Counted from the first letter of the stretch, positions 1-8,984 are shown. The stretch: 64,000 nucleotides of DNA from an uncultured Chloroflexia bacterium (GCA_963840335.1 CAWIYP010000003.1:4760-68759), one strand, 5' to 3'. Translations and numbers: made by a program. The notes: generated by a model from the sequence alone, not told the origin.

Positions 1-640
1 GCTGGCCGAGGAAGCTCCCGCGCCGCTCTACGCCGAGACACTGACAGAGCCTGTCGCCTCAGCGCCAGATTCCAGCGAACTCGCGCCAGAGCCAGTGGCG
101 GAAGTCGCTGCGCAAGCGGCTGAGGACGCCGAGCAGCCGACGCCGGAACTTCCAGAGCCGGAACTGACGTCCTCCAACGAGCCAACAGCGGCGATAGCGG
201 CACCTGTCGCTGATGAGCCAGAATTGTCGGCATCCGAAGACGAGGGCGCCGAGGAGGCGGAGGAGCCAGAGCAACCGGAGCGCCGCCGCATGCCGACGCT
301 GTCGGTGATGGTGGCGCTCGCGCCGCGCGCCGAGCCAGCGCCCACCAGGCCGCTGGCCGAGGTGGATGAGTCTCCCAATGAGCTCCCGATGAGTCTCCCG
401 AGGAGCCTGCGGAGGCGCTGACTGAGCCACTGTCCGCCGCGCCCGTGGCCGTACCTGCCGCTGAGATCATGGCCGATGCGCTCGACGTTGCCCCCGCCGC
501 TGTAGACGTTGCGCCGAGCGAGAAGCCTGCGGAGGCGCTCGCTGAGGCTCCAGGCGAGACGTCCGTTGAGGCGCCTGCTGAAGCTCTCGCGGAGGAAGCC
601 GCGGAGGCGCCCGCCGCCGCGGAACCCGCGCCGACCTGAG
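1..640 (+). other. Acidic Ala/Glu/Pro-rich low-complexity coding region entering from upstream of the window; the sense frame switches twice
   Basis: Frame 2 (codons from nt 2) is open from the window edge to TGA 419-421 and reads LAEEAPAPLYAETLTEPV...DESPNELP. The same A/E/P-rich composition continues in frame 1 from ~382 to TGA 637-639 (DESPEEPAEALTEPLSAAP...AAAEPAPT), then in frame 2 again (PEAPDATAEDAPAPP). The 12-mer gatgagtctccc occurs at 365-376 and 388-399, 23 nt apart, at the first switch. Confidence 0.5.
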
Positions 641-2296
641 GCGCCCGATGCGACCGCTGAGGATGCGCCCGCGCCGCCTTCGCGCTCGTGGATGTGGTGG
701 GCGCAGGGGCCACGCCACCACGCCGCGCCAGAGACGCGCCCCATCGTGGCGGAGGAGGCTCCAGCGATGGCGGCCTCTGTCGCGCCAGTGATCGGCGAAG
801 ATGCGGAGCATACGGCGCCACGGCGTGTCGTGCGGCGCGCGGCGGTGGCAGCCGTCGCGGAGGCGCCCGCCCCGCCGCCAGCCGCAAGCGGCGCCGCGAA
901 GACTGTCGCCCGGCGCGCTGACGCTGCGGTAGACGCGCGGGCACAGCGCCGCCGCGCCGCACGCGCCCGCCAGCGCAACGAAGCGAAGCATTCCGCGCGC
1001 GCGGTCGTACTCTCATGGGTGGCGTTTGGCCATGCGGTGGTGGCGAGCATCGCCGCGCTGGTCGCGGTGATCGCGGGGCTGCGCTTCTCCGCTGGCGCCG
1101 GGGCGCAGGCGGTCTTTGGCTGGGCGCTGGCGCTCGCGGTGATCGCGGGGCTGGGCGCCTGGCTGGGCTATCTTTGCGCGCAGCTTGGTCGGCCACTGCT
1201 CGCCACCCTGGCGCTGCTGCTCTCGCAGTTTGGCGCGCTGGCGTGGGCGCTGGGGCTGCTCGGCCCGCGCGCTGCCCTGCTGATGCTGGCTCCGGCGGGC
1301 GTGGCGCTGGCGCTGCGTGGCGCGGGACGGCTGAGCGCGATTGGCGCTGGCCTCGCCTGGTTCACGCTCTACCTCGCGGATCTGGCGCTGACTCTGGCGG
1401 GCGCGCAGCATCCCCATCTCATCCTTGGCCTGGCGGGCGCCGCGCTGGTAGATAGCTCGCTGACACTGGTGGGGCTGTGGTCGATCGTCAACATCCTCAT
1501 CAGCCTCTATACCAGCCGGATGAATGTTGTGGCGCATGGCCGCGCGGTGGAGCATGTGGCGTTGCATACCGAGGCGCAGCTTGACCGCCTGCGCACACAA
1601 ACCGAGGATGACGCCGAGGCGCTACGACGGGCGCTGCTCGAAGCCTTGCGCGGCGAGCAGCCAGCGCGAGTCTATGCGCGTGGGCCGCTGAGCGCGGTGG
1701 CCGAAGTGGTCAATGAGATGGCCGACCGGCTGGTTGATCTGCGCTATGATCGGGCGGAGCGCAAGCGGCTGGAGTCGGCGACACGGCGGCTGACGCGGGT
1801 GATCGAGCGGGCGTGGCTGGGGCTGTCGTGGTCGTGGCCCGACGCCACCGGCACGATTCTCGATGATCTGCTGGCGCTGCTGCGCATGCCACCCTCACCC
1901 GATGCGCCCGCGCTGCCAGACGAAACCTCGCCGACGGGGCAGGTGGTCGCGCCGCATCTCTTCCGTGGCTGGCGCCCAACAGAGCCGACGCCGCGGATCT
2001 CGCGGCCCAGCGCCGAGCAAGAAGTCTTGCCAGGGATGCCCAGCGTCCCCAGCCAGCCGAGCGCGCCTTCGCTGCCCAGCCTGCTGGAGGGCGACACGAG
2101 TGTGCGGCTGACGACACCGCTGGAGCTACCACCCTCGCCACGTTGGCGCGGCCCCAGTGCGCGCTCCAGCGCCCCCGACCAGAGCGGCGCAACGGAAGTC
2201 GCTGACCACGCGAGGAACGCGACAAGCAATCGGCGTGAAATCCCCCCAACGCGACGCGGCATATGCCCCACGTCTCGTGGGGGGATTTGCCTGTGA
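509..2296 (+). CDS. Polytopic membrane protein with a charged helical segment and a Pro/Ser-rich tail; probably the C-terminal part of the same gene as 1-640; N-terminus uncertain
   Basis: ORF 509-2296. The first ~45 aa of the ORF (RRRSLRLQARRP...) look out of frame. From ~aa 170 there are several hydrophobic segments (VVLSWVAFGHAVVASIAALVAVIAGL, LGLLGPRAALLMLAPAGVALAL, SLTLVGLWSIVNILISLY). ATG 692 is the first in-frame ATG after the second frame switch. No family recognised. Confidence 0.6.
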   Translation: MRRARSLRRRSLRLQARRPLRRLLKLSRRKPRRRPPPRNPRRPEAPDATAEDAPAPPSRSWMWWAQGPRHHAAPETRPIVAEEAPAMAASVAPVIGEDAEHTAPRRVVRRAAVAAVAEAPAPPPAASGAAKTVARRADAAVDARAQRRRAARARQRNEAKHSARAVVLSWVAFGHAVVASIAALVAVIAGLRFSAGAGAQAVFGWALALAVIAGLGAWLGYLCAQLGRPLLATLALLLSQFGALAWALGLLGPRAALLMLAPAGVALALRGAGRLSAIGAGLAWFTLYLADLALTLAGAQHPHLILGLAGAALVDSSLTLVGLWSIVNILISLYTSRMNVVAHGRAVEHVALHTEAQLDRLRTQTEDDAEALRRALLEALRGEQPARVYARGPLSAVAEVVNEMADRLVDLRYDRAERKRLESATRRLTRVIERAWLGLSWSWPDATGTILDDLLALLRMPPSPDAPALPDETSPTGQVVAPHLFRGWRPTEPTPRISRPSAEQEVLPGMPSVPSQPSAPSLPSLLEGDTSVRLTTPLELPPSPRWRGPSARSSAPDQSGATEVADHARNATSNRREIPPTRRGICPTSRGGICL

Positions 2297-2422
2297 ATTG
2301 AAAGCGGACATCTGTGCGGCGCGAGGCTGAGATTCGGCCTGCCAGTTGCGATTACATGGGTGGATGGCCACGCCTCGGCGTGCGCCGCACACGTTCGCGA
2401 CAGATTAAGGAGGATAGCAGCT

Positions 2423-3688
2423 ATGGATTCGTCTTCATTGCCACCCAGTCCGGGGTTCGATAGCCCGACTGAAGAAGATATCTCCGCGCGGACTACCCCG
2501 GCGCCCATCACGCGGCCCCAGGCGCCGGACTACCCGACGTATCAGACGTCGCCCATACCGCCAGCGCGCGCCTCACATTTCGCGCCGTGGATGCTGGCGC
2601 TGATCGTGGTGGCGCTGATCGTGGTGGTGGTGGGCGGCGTCGGCATCGGCCTGGCGCTCAACCGCAACAACATCGCCTCCGCATCCACCATCAACGCCGC
2701 GCCAGTGGCGACGCTGCCGGTGAGCACAGGCGCGCAGGACCTGGAATCGCAGGTGGTGAGCGTCATCCGCGCGGTGCAGCCGACGGTCGTGCAGGTGGAG
2801 TCGCTGAGTAGCGCGGGCGGGGCGATTGGCTCTGGCGAGATCGTCAGCAGCGATGGCTACATCGTGACGAACGACCATGTGGTGCGTGGCTTCACGAGCT
2901 ACAAGGTGTTGCTCTCGAATGGCAAGACGTATACCGCGAAGCTCGTCGGTGAGGCGCCGGGCGATGATCTGGCGGTGCTGAAGATCTCTACGGGAACATC
3001 GCTCCAGACCATCGCATTTAACCAGAATCAGCCTCAGGTGGGGCAGTTCGTCATCGCGCTGGGGAGTCCGCTGGGCCTGACGCAATCGGCGACGTTTGGC
3101 ATCGTGAGCGCGCTCAACCGCTCCGCGAGCGAAGGCTCCGAGGGGCCAGCGCAGGAGCTGACGGGACTGATCCAGACGAGCGCGCCGATCAACCCTGGCA
3201 ATAGTGGTGGCGCGCTGGTGAATCTGCGCGGGGAGCTGATCGGTGTGCCGACGCTGGGCGTGGTGGATCCGACGAGTGGAACCGCCGCGAACGGCATCGG
3301 GTTCGCGATTCCCTCGGAGCGCGTGCAATATGTGATGAAACAGCTCATCCAGTATGGGCGTGTGGTGAACACGGGGCAGGGCTTCCTGGGCATCCAGGGG
3401 GAAGATGTGACGCCAGAGATTGCCGCCAGCTATAACCTCGGCTCGAATTCGGGTGTGCTGGTCGTTAACTTCGCGAACTCGGCGAGCGGCAGCAGTCCAG
3501 CGCAGCAGGCGGGCCTGAAGCAAGGCGACATCATCACTGGCGTGAACGACCAGACCATCAACAATAACAGCGACCTGGCCTCGGCGCTGCTCTCGAAGTC
3601 GCCCGGAACCCAGGTGAAGATCACCTACGTGCGCGGGACGAGCACCAGCAGCGTGAATGTGACGCTGGGCGAGCGCCCGGCCAGCTAG
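2423..3688 (+). CDS. HtrA/DegP-family trypsin-like serine protease with N-terminal membrane anchor and C-terminal PDZ domain
   Basis: Motifs TNDHVV (His), GDDLAVLKI (Asp) and NPGNSGGALVN (Ser); a TM helix WMLALIVVALIVVVVGGVGIGLAL; a PDZ-like tail (GLKQGDIITGVNDQ). Strong RBS AAGGAGG 8 nt before ATG 2423; the track ORF starts at 2360. Confidence 0.9.
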   Translation: MDSSSLPPSPGFDSPTEEDISARTTPAPITRPQAPDYPTYQTSPIPPARASHFAPWMLALIVVALIVVVVGGVGIGLALNRNNIASASTINAAPVATLPVSTGAQDLESQVVSVIRAVQPTVVQVESLSSAGGAIGSGEIVSSDGYIVTNDHVVRGFTSYKVLLSNGKTYTAKLVGEAPGDDLAVLKISTGTSLQTIAFNQNQPQVGQFVIALGSPLGLTQSATFGIVSALNRSASEGSEGPAQELTGLIQTSAPINPGNSGGALVNLRGELIGVPTLGVVDPTSGTAANGIGFAIPSERVQYVMKQLIQYGRVVNTGQGFLGIQGEDVTPEIAASYNLGSNSGVLVVNFANSASGSSPAQQAGLKQGDIITGVNDQTINNNSDLASALLSKSPGTQVKITYVRGTSTSSVNVTLGERPAS

Positions 3689-3804
3689 TAGGCAGGCAGG
3701 CGGGCGGATGGCGTGAGACAGGATTAGAGCGGCGCAGATGGCCGTAGGTGGCTGCCGCGCGCCACTATCTCGCACGCGTGCGGAGTCAAAGCCTACAAGC
3801 AGTT

Positions 3805-4083
3805 TCAAAACGGCGCAATAAGGCTCAACTCCTTGCCTCGATACTGGCAGGCGGTTAGCTCCGCGGCACCCGCGGTACTGTCGCGAAAGGAAAGGACCAG
3901 CACCACAGTATAAAGCGCGAGGGCGGTGGCAGTGAGCAGAAGTACCAGCACATATGGGGCACGGAAGGGCAAGGGCCAGGCGTTCAGAAAGGTAGTTACC
4001 ATCGTCAGAGCGCCACTTGTGGCGACGAGCACTATTACGAGATTCTCCCGGCGTCTCTTGTGCCTTGGAGGTAACTGGCTCAT
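3805..4083 (-). CDS. Hypothetical small membrane protein (2 predicted TM helices)
   Basis: 92-aa ORF in a lower-GC stretch. Hydrophobic segments LVIVLVATSGALTMVTTFL and YVLVLLLTATALALYTVVLVL. Weak RBS (GAGTGAGG). No homology recognised. Confidence 0.4.
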   Translation of the reverse strand: MSQLPPRHKRRRENLVIVLVATSGALTMVTTFLNAWPLPFRAPYVLVLLLTATALALYTVVLVLSFRDSTAGAAELTACQYRGKELSLIAPF

Positions 4084-4140
4084 GGACGTGCCTCACTCTC
4101 GTGCAACGGACTGAGCGCCATATTACAGCATTTGGTGGAG

Positions 4141-4394
4141 GTAACTATTCAGGAGGGGCCCAAAATCGAGACAGCGGGCAGTGTGACACAGCATAGCGCT
4201 CTAGCAGCGGCAATACCCTTGTATTCCGGGCTTTTGCTCTCTGCCGCACATCGCTGATTATGCTGTATTCGGCGCCGATATGCCCTGTGATGGGTGCTTG
4301 CGTTCGTCCCGCCCGAACCGCCAGCGTCGCACAAACGCCTATTTCATGGGACTTGGCGCCAAATTCCACCCCAGGTTCGCCTCTGAATAGTTAC
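4141..4394. mobile_element. MITE-like non-autonomous element (254 bp) with terminal inverted repeats and an 8-bp target-site duplication
   Basis: Left end GTAACTATTCAGGAGG (4141-4156). The reverse complement of the right end (4380-4394) is GTAACTATTCAGAGG: 12 perfect bases, then one indel. The identical direct repeat TGGTGGAG flanks it at 4133-4140 and 4395-4402. No transposase is present. Confidence 0.7.
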
Positions 4395-4430
4395 TGGTGG
4401 AGTTTTGAAACTCTCTGTAGTTGATCGAGT

Positions 4431-4552
4431 CATAATCAAGTAAGAGGCGCCTAAACTTGATTAAGGACATGAGTAATGGAGGAATGAATAACTTGATTAT
4501 GGCTGGCGATTTGCTCCATAATCAAGTTAGAGGCCCCTTAGCTTGATTATGG
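4431..4552 (+). repeat. Array of five copies of the motif ATAATCAAG/CTTGATTAT forming two hairpins plus a competing half-site, upstream of the ANTAR regulator gene
   Basis: Copies: CATAATCAAGT 4431-4441; ACTTGATTA 4455-4463; ACTTGATTATGG 4491-4502; CCATAATCAAG 4516-4526; CTTGATTATGG 4542-4552. Hairpin 1 has a 9-bp stem and 13-nt loop. Hairpin 2 has an 11-bp stem and 15-nt loop. 4491-4502 can alternatively pair with 4516-4527 (12 bp). Confidence 0.6.
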
Positions 4553-4707
4553 GCGGTAGTCGTGAACGCGTCCGCCCTCTTCCCGCCGCTCGCTCGCTTC
4601 ATGCCGCCTCGCCCCGCATGTGCTATACTGCGCGCGAAACGTAGGACTGCCCGATGACGCGCAGACATGGCTCAGCGTGGCGCGGAGGGAAGGCGAGGGA
4701 TTAGCAC

Positions 4708-5286
4708 ATGCCTACACGCATCATTCTCGCCGAGGACGACTCGGTGATTCGTATGGATTTGCGCGAAGAGTTGCAGCGCCAGGGCTACCTGGTCGTGGGC
4801 GATGTTGGCGATGGGCAGAGCGCCATCAATCTCGCGCGTGAGTTACACCCTGACCTCGTCATTATGGATATCCGCATGCCGGTGCTGGATGGCATCGAGG
4901 CGGCGCGTGCGCTCACCAGCGAGCGCCTCGCCCCGGTCATGCTGATCACTGGCTTCAGCGACAACGAGTTGATCGAGCGCGCCCGCGAGGCTGGCGTGGT
5001 GAGCTACATCACCAAGCCGTTCCGCGACAGTGACATCAAGCCCGCCATCGAGATCGCCATCGCCCGCTTCCAGGAGTTCCGTGAGATAGAAGCGCAGGTC
5101 AAGACCCTGGAAGAGCAGCTTGCCACGCGCAAGGTGGTCGAGAAGGCCAAAGGCATGCTGATGGAGAAGTACAAGCTCAGCGAGAATGACGCCTTCAAGC
5201 GCATTCAACGGCTCAGCATGAACAACCGCAAGACCATGCGCGAGGTCGCTGAGGCCCTGCTCCTGGCCGAAGAGGCCAATCAATAG
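4708..5286 (+). CDS. Response regulator with receiver domain and ANTAR RNA-binding output domain (PdtaR/AmiR-NasR type antiterminator)
   Basis: The receiver domain has ILAEDDSVIRMDL, DLVIMDIRMP and YITKPF. The C-terminal ANTAR region reads LATRKVVEKAKGMLMEKYKLSENDAFKRIQRLSMNNRKTMREVAEAL. Confidence 0.92.
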   Translation: MPTRIILAEDDSVIRMDLREELQRQGYLVVGDVGDGQSAINLARELHPDLVIMDIRMPVLDGIEAARALTSERLAPVMLITGFSDNELIERAREAGVVSYITKPFRDSDIKPAIEIAIARFQEFREIEAQVKTLEEQLATRKVVEKAKGMLMEKYKLSENDAFKRIQRLSMNNRKTMREVAEALLLAEEANQ

Positions 5287-5384
5287 CGCGCTGGCCCAGG
5301 CGCGCGGCTGGCCGCTCTGGCCGCCGCGCGTCTGGCGTCGTGTACTCCCTGGTGTGTTCCGACAGAAGGTAACGGCAGGCCCTC

Positions 5385-7073
5385 ATGCAGTCCGAGAACG
5401 AGACTGAGACCACGCCCGTCGTCGGCATCCGCTTCCGTCCGGCTGGGCGCATCTATTACTACGATCCCGCTGGCTTCAATCTGAAACCTGGCCTCTGGGT
5501 CATCGTCGAGACGCCGAAGGGTGTCGAGTGTGGCCGCGTGGTCATCGCGCCGAAACACGTCGAGGTCGCGGAGCTTGGCGGCGAGCCGCTCAAGCCCGTG
5601 CAGCGCCTCGCATCGGAGGATGACTTACGTCAGATGCTAGCGTACAAGGCGAAGGAGAAGGCCGCCCTGCGCCGCTGCGCCGAGCGGGTGGATCTCCATA
5701 CCCTGCCGATGAAGCTGGTCGAGGCCGAATACACCTGGGACGGTAGCCGCCTCACCTTCTACTTCGTCGCCGATGAGCGGGTGGACTTCCGCGCGCTCGT
5801 CCGCGACCTCGCCGCGCAGTTCCACACCCGCATCGAGCTACGCCAGATCGGCGCGCGTGACCATGCCAAGCTGCTTGGCGGCGTCGGCATGTGTGGCAAG
5901 ACGCTCTGTTGTAGCTCCTGGCTGACGGAGTTCAACGTCGTCTCGATCAAGATGGCCAAAGAGCAGGGGCTGCCGCTCAACACCAACAAGATCTCCGGCC
6001 TCTGCGGGCGGCTGATGTGCTGCCTGGCCTACGAGAACGACGACTATATCTCCGCCAAGGCCGAGATGCCCGACTACAACGAGATCGTCCATACGCCCAG
6101 CGGGCCGGGGCGTGTCGTCGGCGTCAATGTGCCGCGCGAGTCGGTCGAGGTGATGCTGCAGAGCGGCGCCACCATCACCGTCCCCCTGCGCGAGATCGAG
6201 GGCTACGACAAGCCCGCCCCAGCGCCCACGCTGCCCAGGCAGCGGCGGCTGCGGCAAGCCCAACTGCCGCCACGGCCAGCACGCCCCCAACACCGCCAGC
6301 GCCCCGCGCGACTCGCTCAACTGACGCCCATGCTCACCACCACAAACTATGCCTTAATTCGCCACTGGGTGAGGTGTCGGCTTGGTAGCGACTTCGAGCA
6401 TATAGATGAGCTTGCGGTGATCGAGCACGGCGGCTCCTTCGTCAACTATCGTGGGGTCTACGTCTGGCGGATGGGCCAGAAAACGCTCGTCTCCGTCCCC
6501 TACGGGTCGCTCCCTGGTATGCGTAGAGCGGTGACAAAGCAGCTACGCGGCGGAGAGCCGATGACGGCGCTCACCGATGAAGCATTCTGGCGCGCCGCGC
6601 TGGGTGAGCGCGTGGAGCGCGTCATCGGGCCAGCCTATCAGGGCTTTCTGAACAAGGAAAACTACCAGCCTGCCGACACGCAAGGAGCGAGGCAGCTTAC
6701 CCTGACCGATCACCACGCCCTTCGCGCCTTCATCGCCGCCTGCCCGCCCGACGACTGGCAGGATAGCAGTATCGCCACCAGGCATCTGCCTCTCATCGGC
6801 CTGGAGCGCGACGGCGCGCTGGTCGCGGTGGCCAGCGCCCTTCGCGAGCGGCCCACCATAACGAGCTTATACTCGGTTGGGGTGGTCACGTTGCCCGCGT
6901 GGCGCGGTCAGGGCGCAGGCCTGGCCGTCGTCTCCACCCTGGCGGAGCATTGCCTGGAAAAGCACGCGCAACTGCGCTATCAGACGCTGCGGTCGAATCT
7001 GCCGTCGCTCGCCATCGCTGAGCGTCTGGGCTTCGAGGATGTAGCGACATCGCTGGCCGTGCGCCTGCGCTGA
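5385..7073 (+). CDS. PSP1 (RicT/YaaT-like) domain protein read in one ORF with a C-terminal GNAT (FR47-like) acetyltransferase module; possibly two genes
   Basis: aa 1-~280 match PSP1 (VVGIRFRPAGRIYYYDP, KISGLCGRLMCCLAYENDDY). aa ~316-562 form a GNAT fold (VGVVTLPAWRGQGAGLAVVSTL, IAERLGFEDV). The two are bridged by an Arg/Gln/Pro-rich linker at 6230-6330. There is an internal ATG at 6330 and a local GC dip at 6340-6420. Confidence 0.8.
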   Translation: MQSENETETTPVVGIRFRPAGRIYYYDPAGFNLKPGLWVIVETPKGVECGRVVIAPKHVEVAELGGEPLKPVQRLASEDDLRQMLAYKAKEKAALRRCAERVDLHTLPMKLVEAEYTWDGSRLTFYFVADERVDFRALVRDLAAQFHTRIELRQIGARDHAKLLGGVGMCGKTLCCSSWLTEFNVVSIKMAKEQGLPLNTNKISGLCGRLMCCLAYENDDYISAKAEMPDYNEIVHTPSGPGRVVGVNVPRESVEVMLQSGATITVPLREIEGYDKPAPAPTLPRQRRLRQAQLPPRPARPQHRQRPARLAQLTPMLTTTNYALIRHWVRCRLGSDFEHIDELAVIEHGGSFVNYRGVYVWRMGQKTLVSVPYGSLPGMRRAVTKQLRGGEPMTALTDEAFWRAALGERVERVIGPAYQGFLNKENYQPADTQGARQLTLTDHHALRAFIAACPPDDWQDSSIATRHLPLIGLERDGALVAVASALRERPTITSLYSVGVVTLPAWRGQGAGLAVVSTLAEHCLEKHAQLRYQTLRSNLPSLAIAERLGFEDVATSLAVRLR

Positions 7074-7108
7074 GCGCGCGCATAGACTGCGCGCAAGGAG
7101 ATTCCCAG

Positions 7109-7612
7109 ATGCCAGACGAACCAATGGACAAAGACACGCTGCTCAGCCAGATGGAGGCGAGCTACGCGCGCATCGAGGCGGCGCTGGCCGCGCTGACGCC
7201 GGAGCAATGGCTGGCCACTGCGCAAGCGAATGGCTGGACTGTGAAGGACACCGTCGCGCACATGACCGACTGGCTGGAGCGGCTGGTGGCGGCGGCAGAC
7301 GCGGCGATGAGTGGCAAGCCACCGACTCAGCCAGTCAGCGGCCTGAGTGACGCCGAGGTGGACGCCTGGAACGCGCAGGTCTACGCGAAGCATCGCGACG
7401 ACACAGCGGAGCAGACGCTCGGCGCGTTTCGGCGAGCGTATGGCGCGCTGACGAGCAAGCTCAACGCGCTCACCTGGGGCGACATCGCGCTGGTGGGGCG
7501 CTACCCGTGGCTGGGCGAGACGCCGCTCTGGCGCATCGTCGCCGAGGACACCTGGGAGCATTTCGCCGAGCATCTGCCGGAGATCGAGCGCGTGGCGGGC
7601 GAGCAGGGCTAG
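7109..7612 (+). CDS. DinB/ClbS-like four-helix-bundle protein (function uncertain)
   Basis: 167-aa ORF with RBS AAGGAG 8 nt upstream. Helical pattern with WTVKDTVAHMTDW and WEHFAEHLPEI resembles DinB_2/ClbS-DfsB proteins. Confidence 0.7.
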   Translation: MPDEPMDKDTLLSQMEASYARIEAALAALTPEQWLATAQANGWTVKDTVAHMTDWLERLVAAADAAMSGKPPTQPVSGLSDAEVDAWNAQVYAKHRDDTAEQTLGAFRRAYGALTSKLNALTWGDIALVGRYPWLGETPLWRIVAEDTWEHFAEHLPEIERVAGEQG

Positions 7613-7625
7613 CGGCGCTATCCCA

Positions 7626-8981
7626 TCATGGCCGAGGAGCAGGCGCCGCATGCGTCGGCGCGACGGTGTGCGGCACGCGGCTGGCGCGGGCCGGGCGCGT
7701 GCTGTCGTCCACCGACTCCAGCAGCTTGCCCAGGGCGATCAGGCTGTCGAGCGAGTGGGAGGGCAGGAAGTCATCGATGTAGGGCAGGGCGGCGCGCATG
7801 CCCGCCGTCACCGGGCGGTACTCCGCATGCCCCAGCAGCGGATTCAGCCAGATGAGGCGGTGGCAGTTGCGCTGGAGCCGCTCCATCTCCTGCGAGAGCA
7901 GCCCCGTGTCGCCGCGATCCCAGCCGTCGCTGATGATCAGCACGATCGCGCCGCGTCCCAGCGTGCGCCGCGCCCAGCGGTAGTTGAAGGCGCGCAGCGA
8001 TTCGCCGATGCGCGTGCCGCCCGACCAGTCCTGCACGGTCTTGGTCACCTCCTGCACGGCGGCGTCCACGTCGCGGCGGGCAAGCTGGCGGGTGATGCGC
8101 GTCAGGCGCGTGCCGAAGACGAACGTCTCGACATTCTCGCGGCCATTCGAGACGGTGTGGATGAAGTGGAGCAGCAGCCGCGAGTAGAGGCTCATCGAGC
8201 CGCTGATGTCGCAGATGATGACGAGCGGGCGCGGCTTGCGGCGGCGTTCGCGGCGCGCCAGGCTGACCGGCTCGCCCCCCGCGCGCAGGCTGCGGCGGAA
8301 GGTGCGGCGCAGGTCGAGCTGCGGGCCATGGCGCGCGGGGCGTAGCCGCCGGGTCTCGCGCATGCCCAGCCGCCAGCGCATCTTCGCCAGTAGCTCGCGC
8401 GCCTGGCGCATCTCATCCCAGCTAAACTCCTCGAAGTCCTTGTGGCGCAGCGCCTCCCCCGCGCTGAAGACGCCGTGGCGCTCGTCGCTCTCCTCCTCTT
8501 GCTCCTGCTCCTGGCGCTGCTTGCGTCGGGCGTCGCTCAGCCGCGAGGCGGGATGCCGTGTCTGCGCGCCGGGCTGCGGCGTGGGCTGCGGATGCCGTTT
8601 CGCTTCCTCCTCCTGACGGTTCGGGGGCAGCGCCACCACCGAGCGCTTGCGGCGCGGCGCGTTCTCCAGCTCAGGCGGCGGCGTGGTCAGCGTCTGCCCC
8701 GGCTCGCGCCAGAACCACGCGAAGGCGGCGTCGAAGGTGGCCTCCTGCTCATGGCGCGAGACCAGATTCGCCTTGAGGAAGTGGTAGAACTCCTGGCGGC
8801 TGCCGAGATTGACCAGCGGCAGGCTCTGCGCGACCTCGACCACGCGCCCCGGGCCGATGTCCAGCCCCATTTCCCAGAGCAGGCGGGTGAAGTCAACGAT
8901 CTTGGCCAGCAGTAGCTCGCCGCGCCGCTGCTCCTCTGGCGAGGGGATGATCGTGTCGTGGTCGGCGCCGGGGCTGGTCAT
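7626..8981 (-). CDS. vWA domain protein of the CoxE type (partner of the upstream MoxR ATPase)
   Basis: N-terminal CoxE-like region (LLWEMGLDIGPGRVVEVAQSL). vWA MIDAS motif VIICDISGSMS. C-terminal WLNPLLG motif. The start lies 3 nt after the stop of the MoxR gene. Confidence 0.85.
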   Translation of the reverse strand: MTSPGADHDTIIPSPEEQRRGELLLAKIVDFTRLLWEMGLDIGPGRVVEVAQSLPLVNLGSRQEFYHFLKANLVSRHEQEATFDAAFAWFWREPGQTLTTPPPELENAPRRKRSVVALPPNRQEEEAKRHPQPTPQPGAQTRHPASRLSDARRKQRQEQEQEEESDERHGVFSAGEALRHKDFEEFSWDEMRQARELLAKMRWRLGMRETRRLRPARHGPQLDLRRTFRRSLRAGGEPVSLARRERRRKPRPLVIICDISGSMSLYSRLLLHFIHTVSNGRENVETFVFGTRLTRITRQLARRDVDAAVQEVTKTVQDWSGGTRIGESLRAFNYRWARRTLGRGAIVLIISDGWDRGDTGLLSQEMERLQRNCHRLIWLNPLLGHAEYRPVTAGMRAALPYIDDFLPSHSLDSLIALGKLLESVDDSTRPARASRVPHTVAPTHAAPAPRP

Positions 8982-8984
8982 GCG

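Noticed and set aside
2573-4096. A 507-aa minus-strand ORF. There are many similar long antisense ORFs, for example 40240-42120 (626 aa), 1744-2511, 12694-13782, 25742-26416, 43768-44079 and 53285-54223.
   Set aside because: They lie antisense to or out of frame with genes that have clear family motifs, and they are Arg/Ala/Pro/Gly-rich with no motifs. They are the expected stop-codon-poor frames of a high-GC genome.
4145-4369. A 74-aa ORF (plus an overlapping 61-aa ORF) filling the MITE-like element.
   Set aside because: No RBS, no recognisable fold or motif, and it coincides almost exactly with the element boundaries. It is more likely non-coding.
4431-4552. The hairpin pair as a binding site for the adjacent ANTAR regulator.
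   Set aside because: Established ANTAR targets are two small stem-loops with hexanucleotide loops (A at position 1, G at position 4). These hairpins have 13-15-nt loops and sit upstream of the regulator gene rather than before a terminator.
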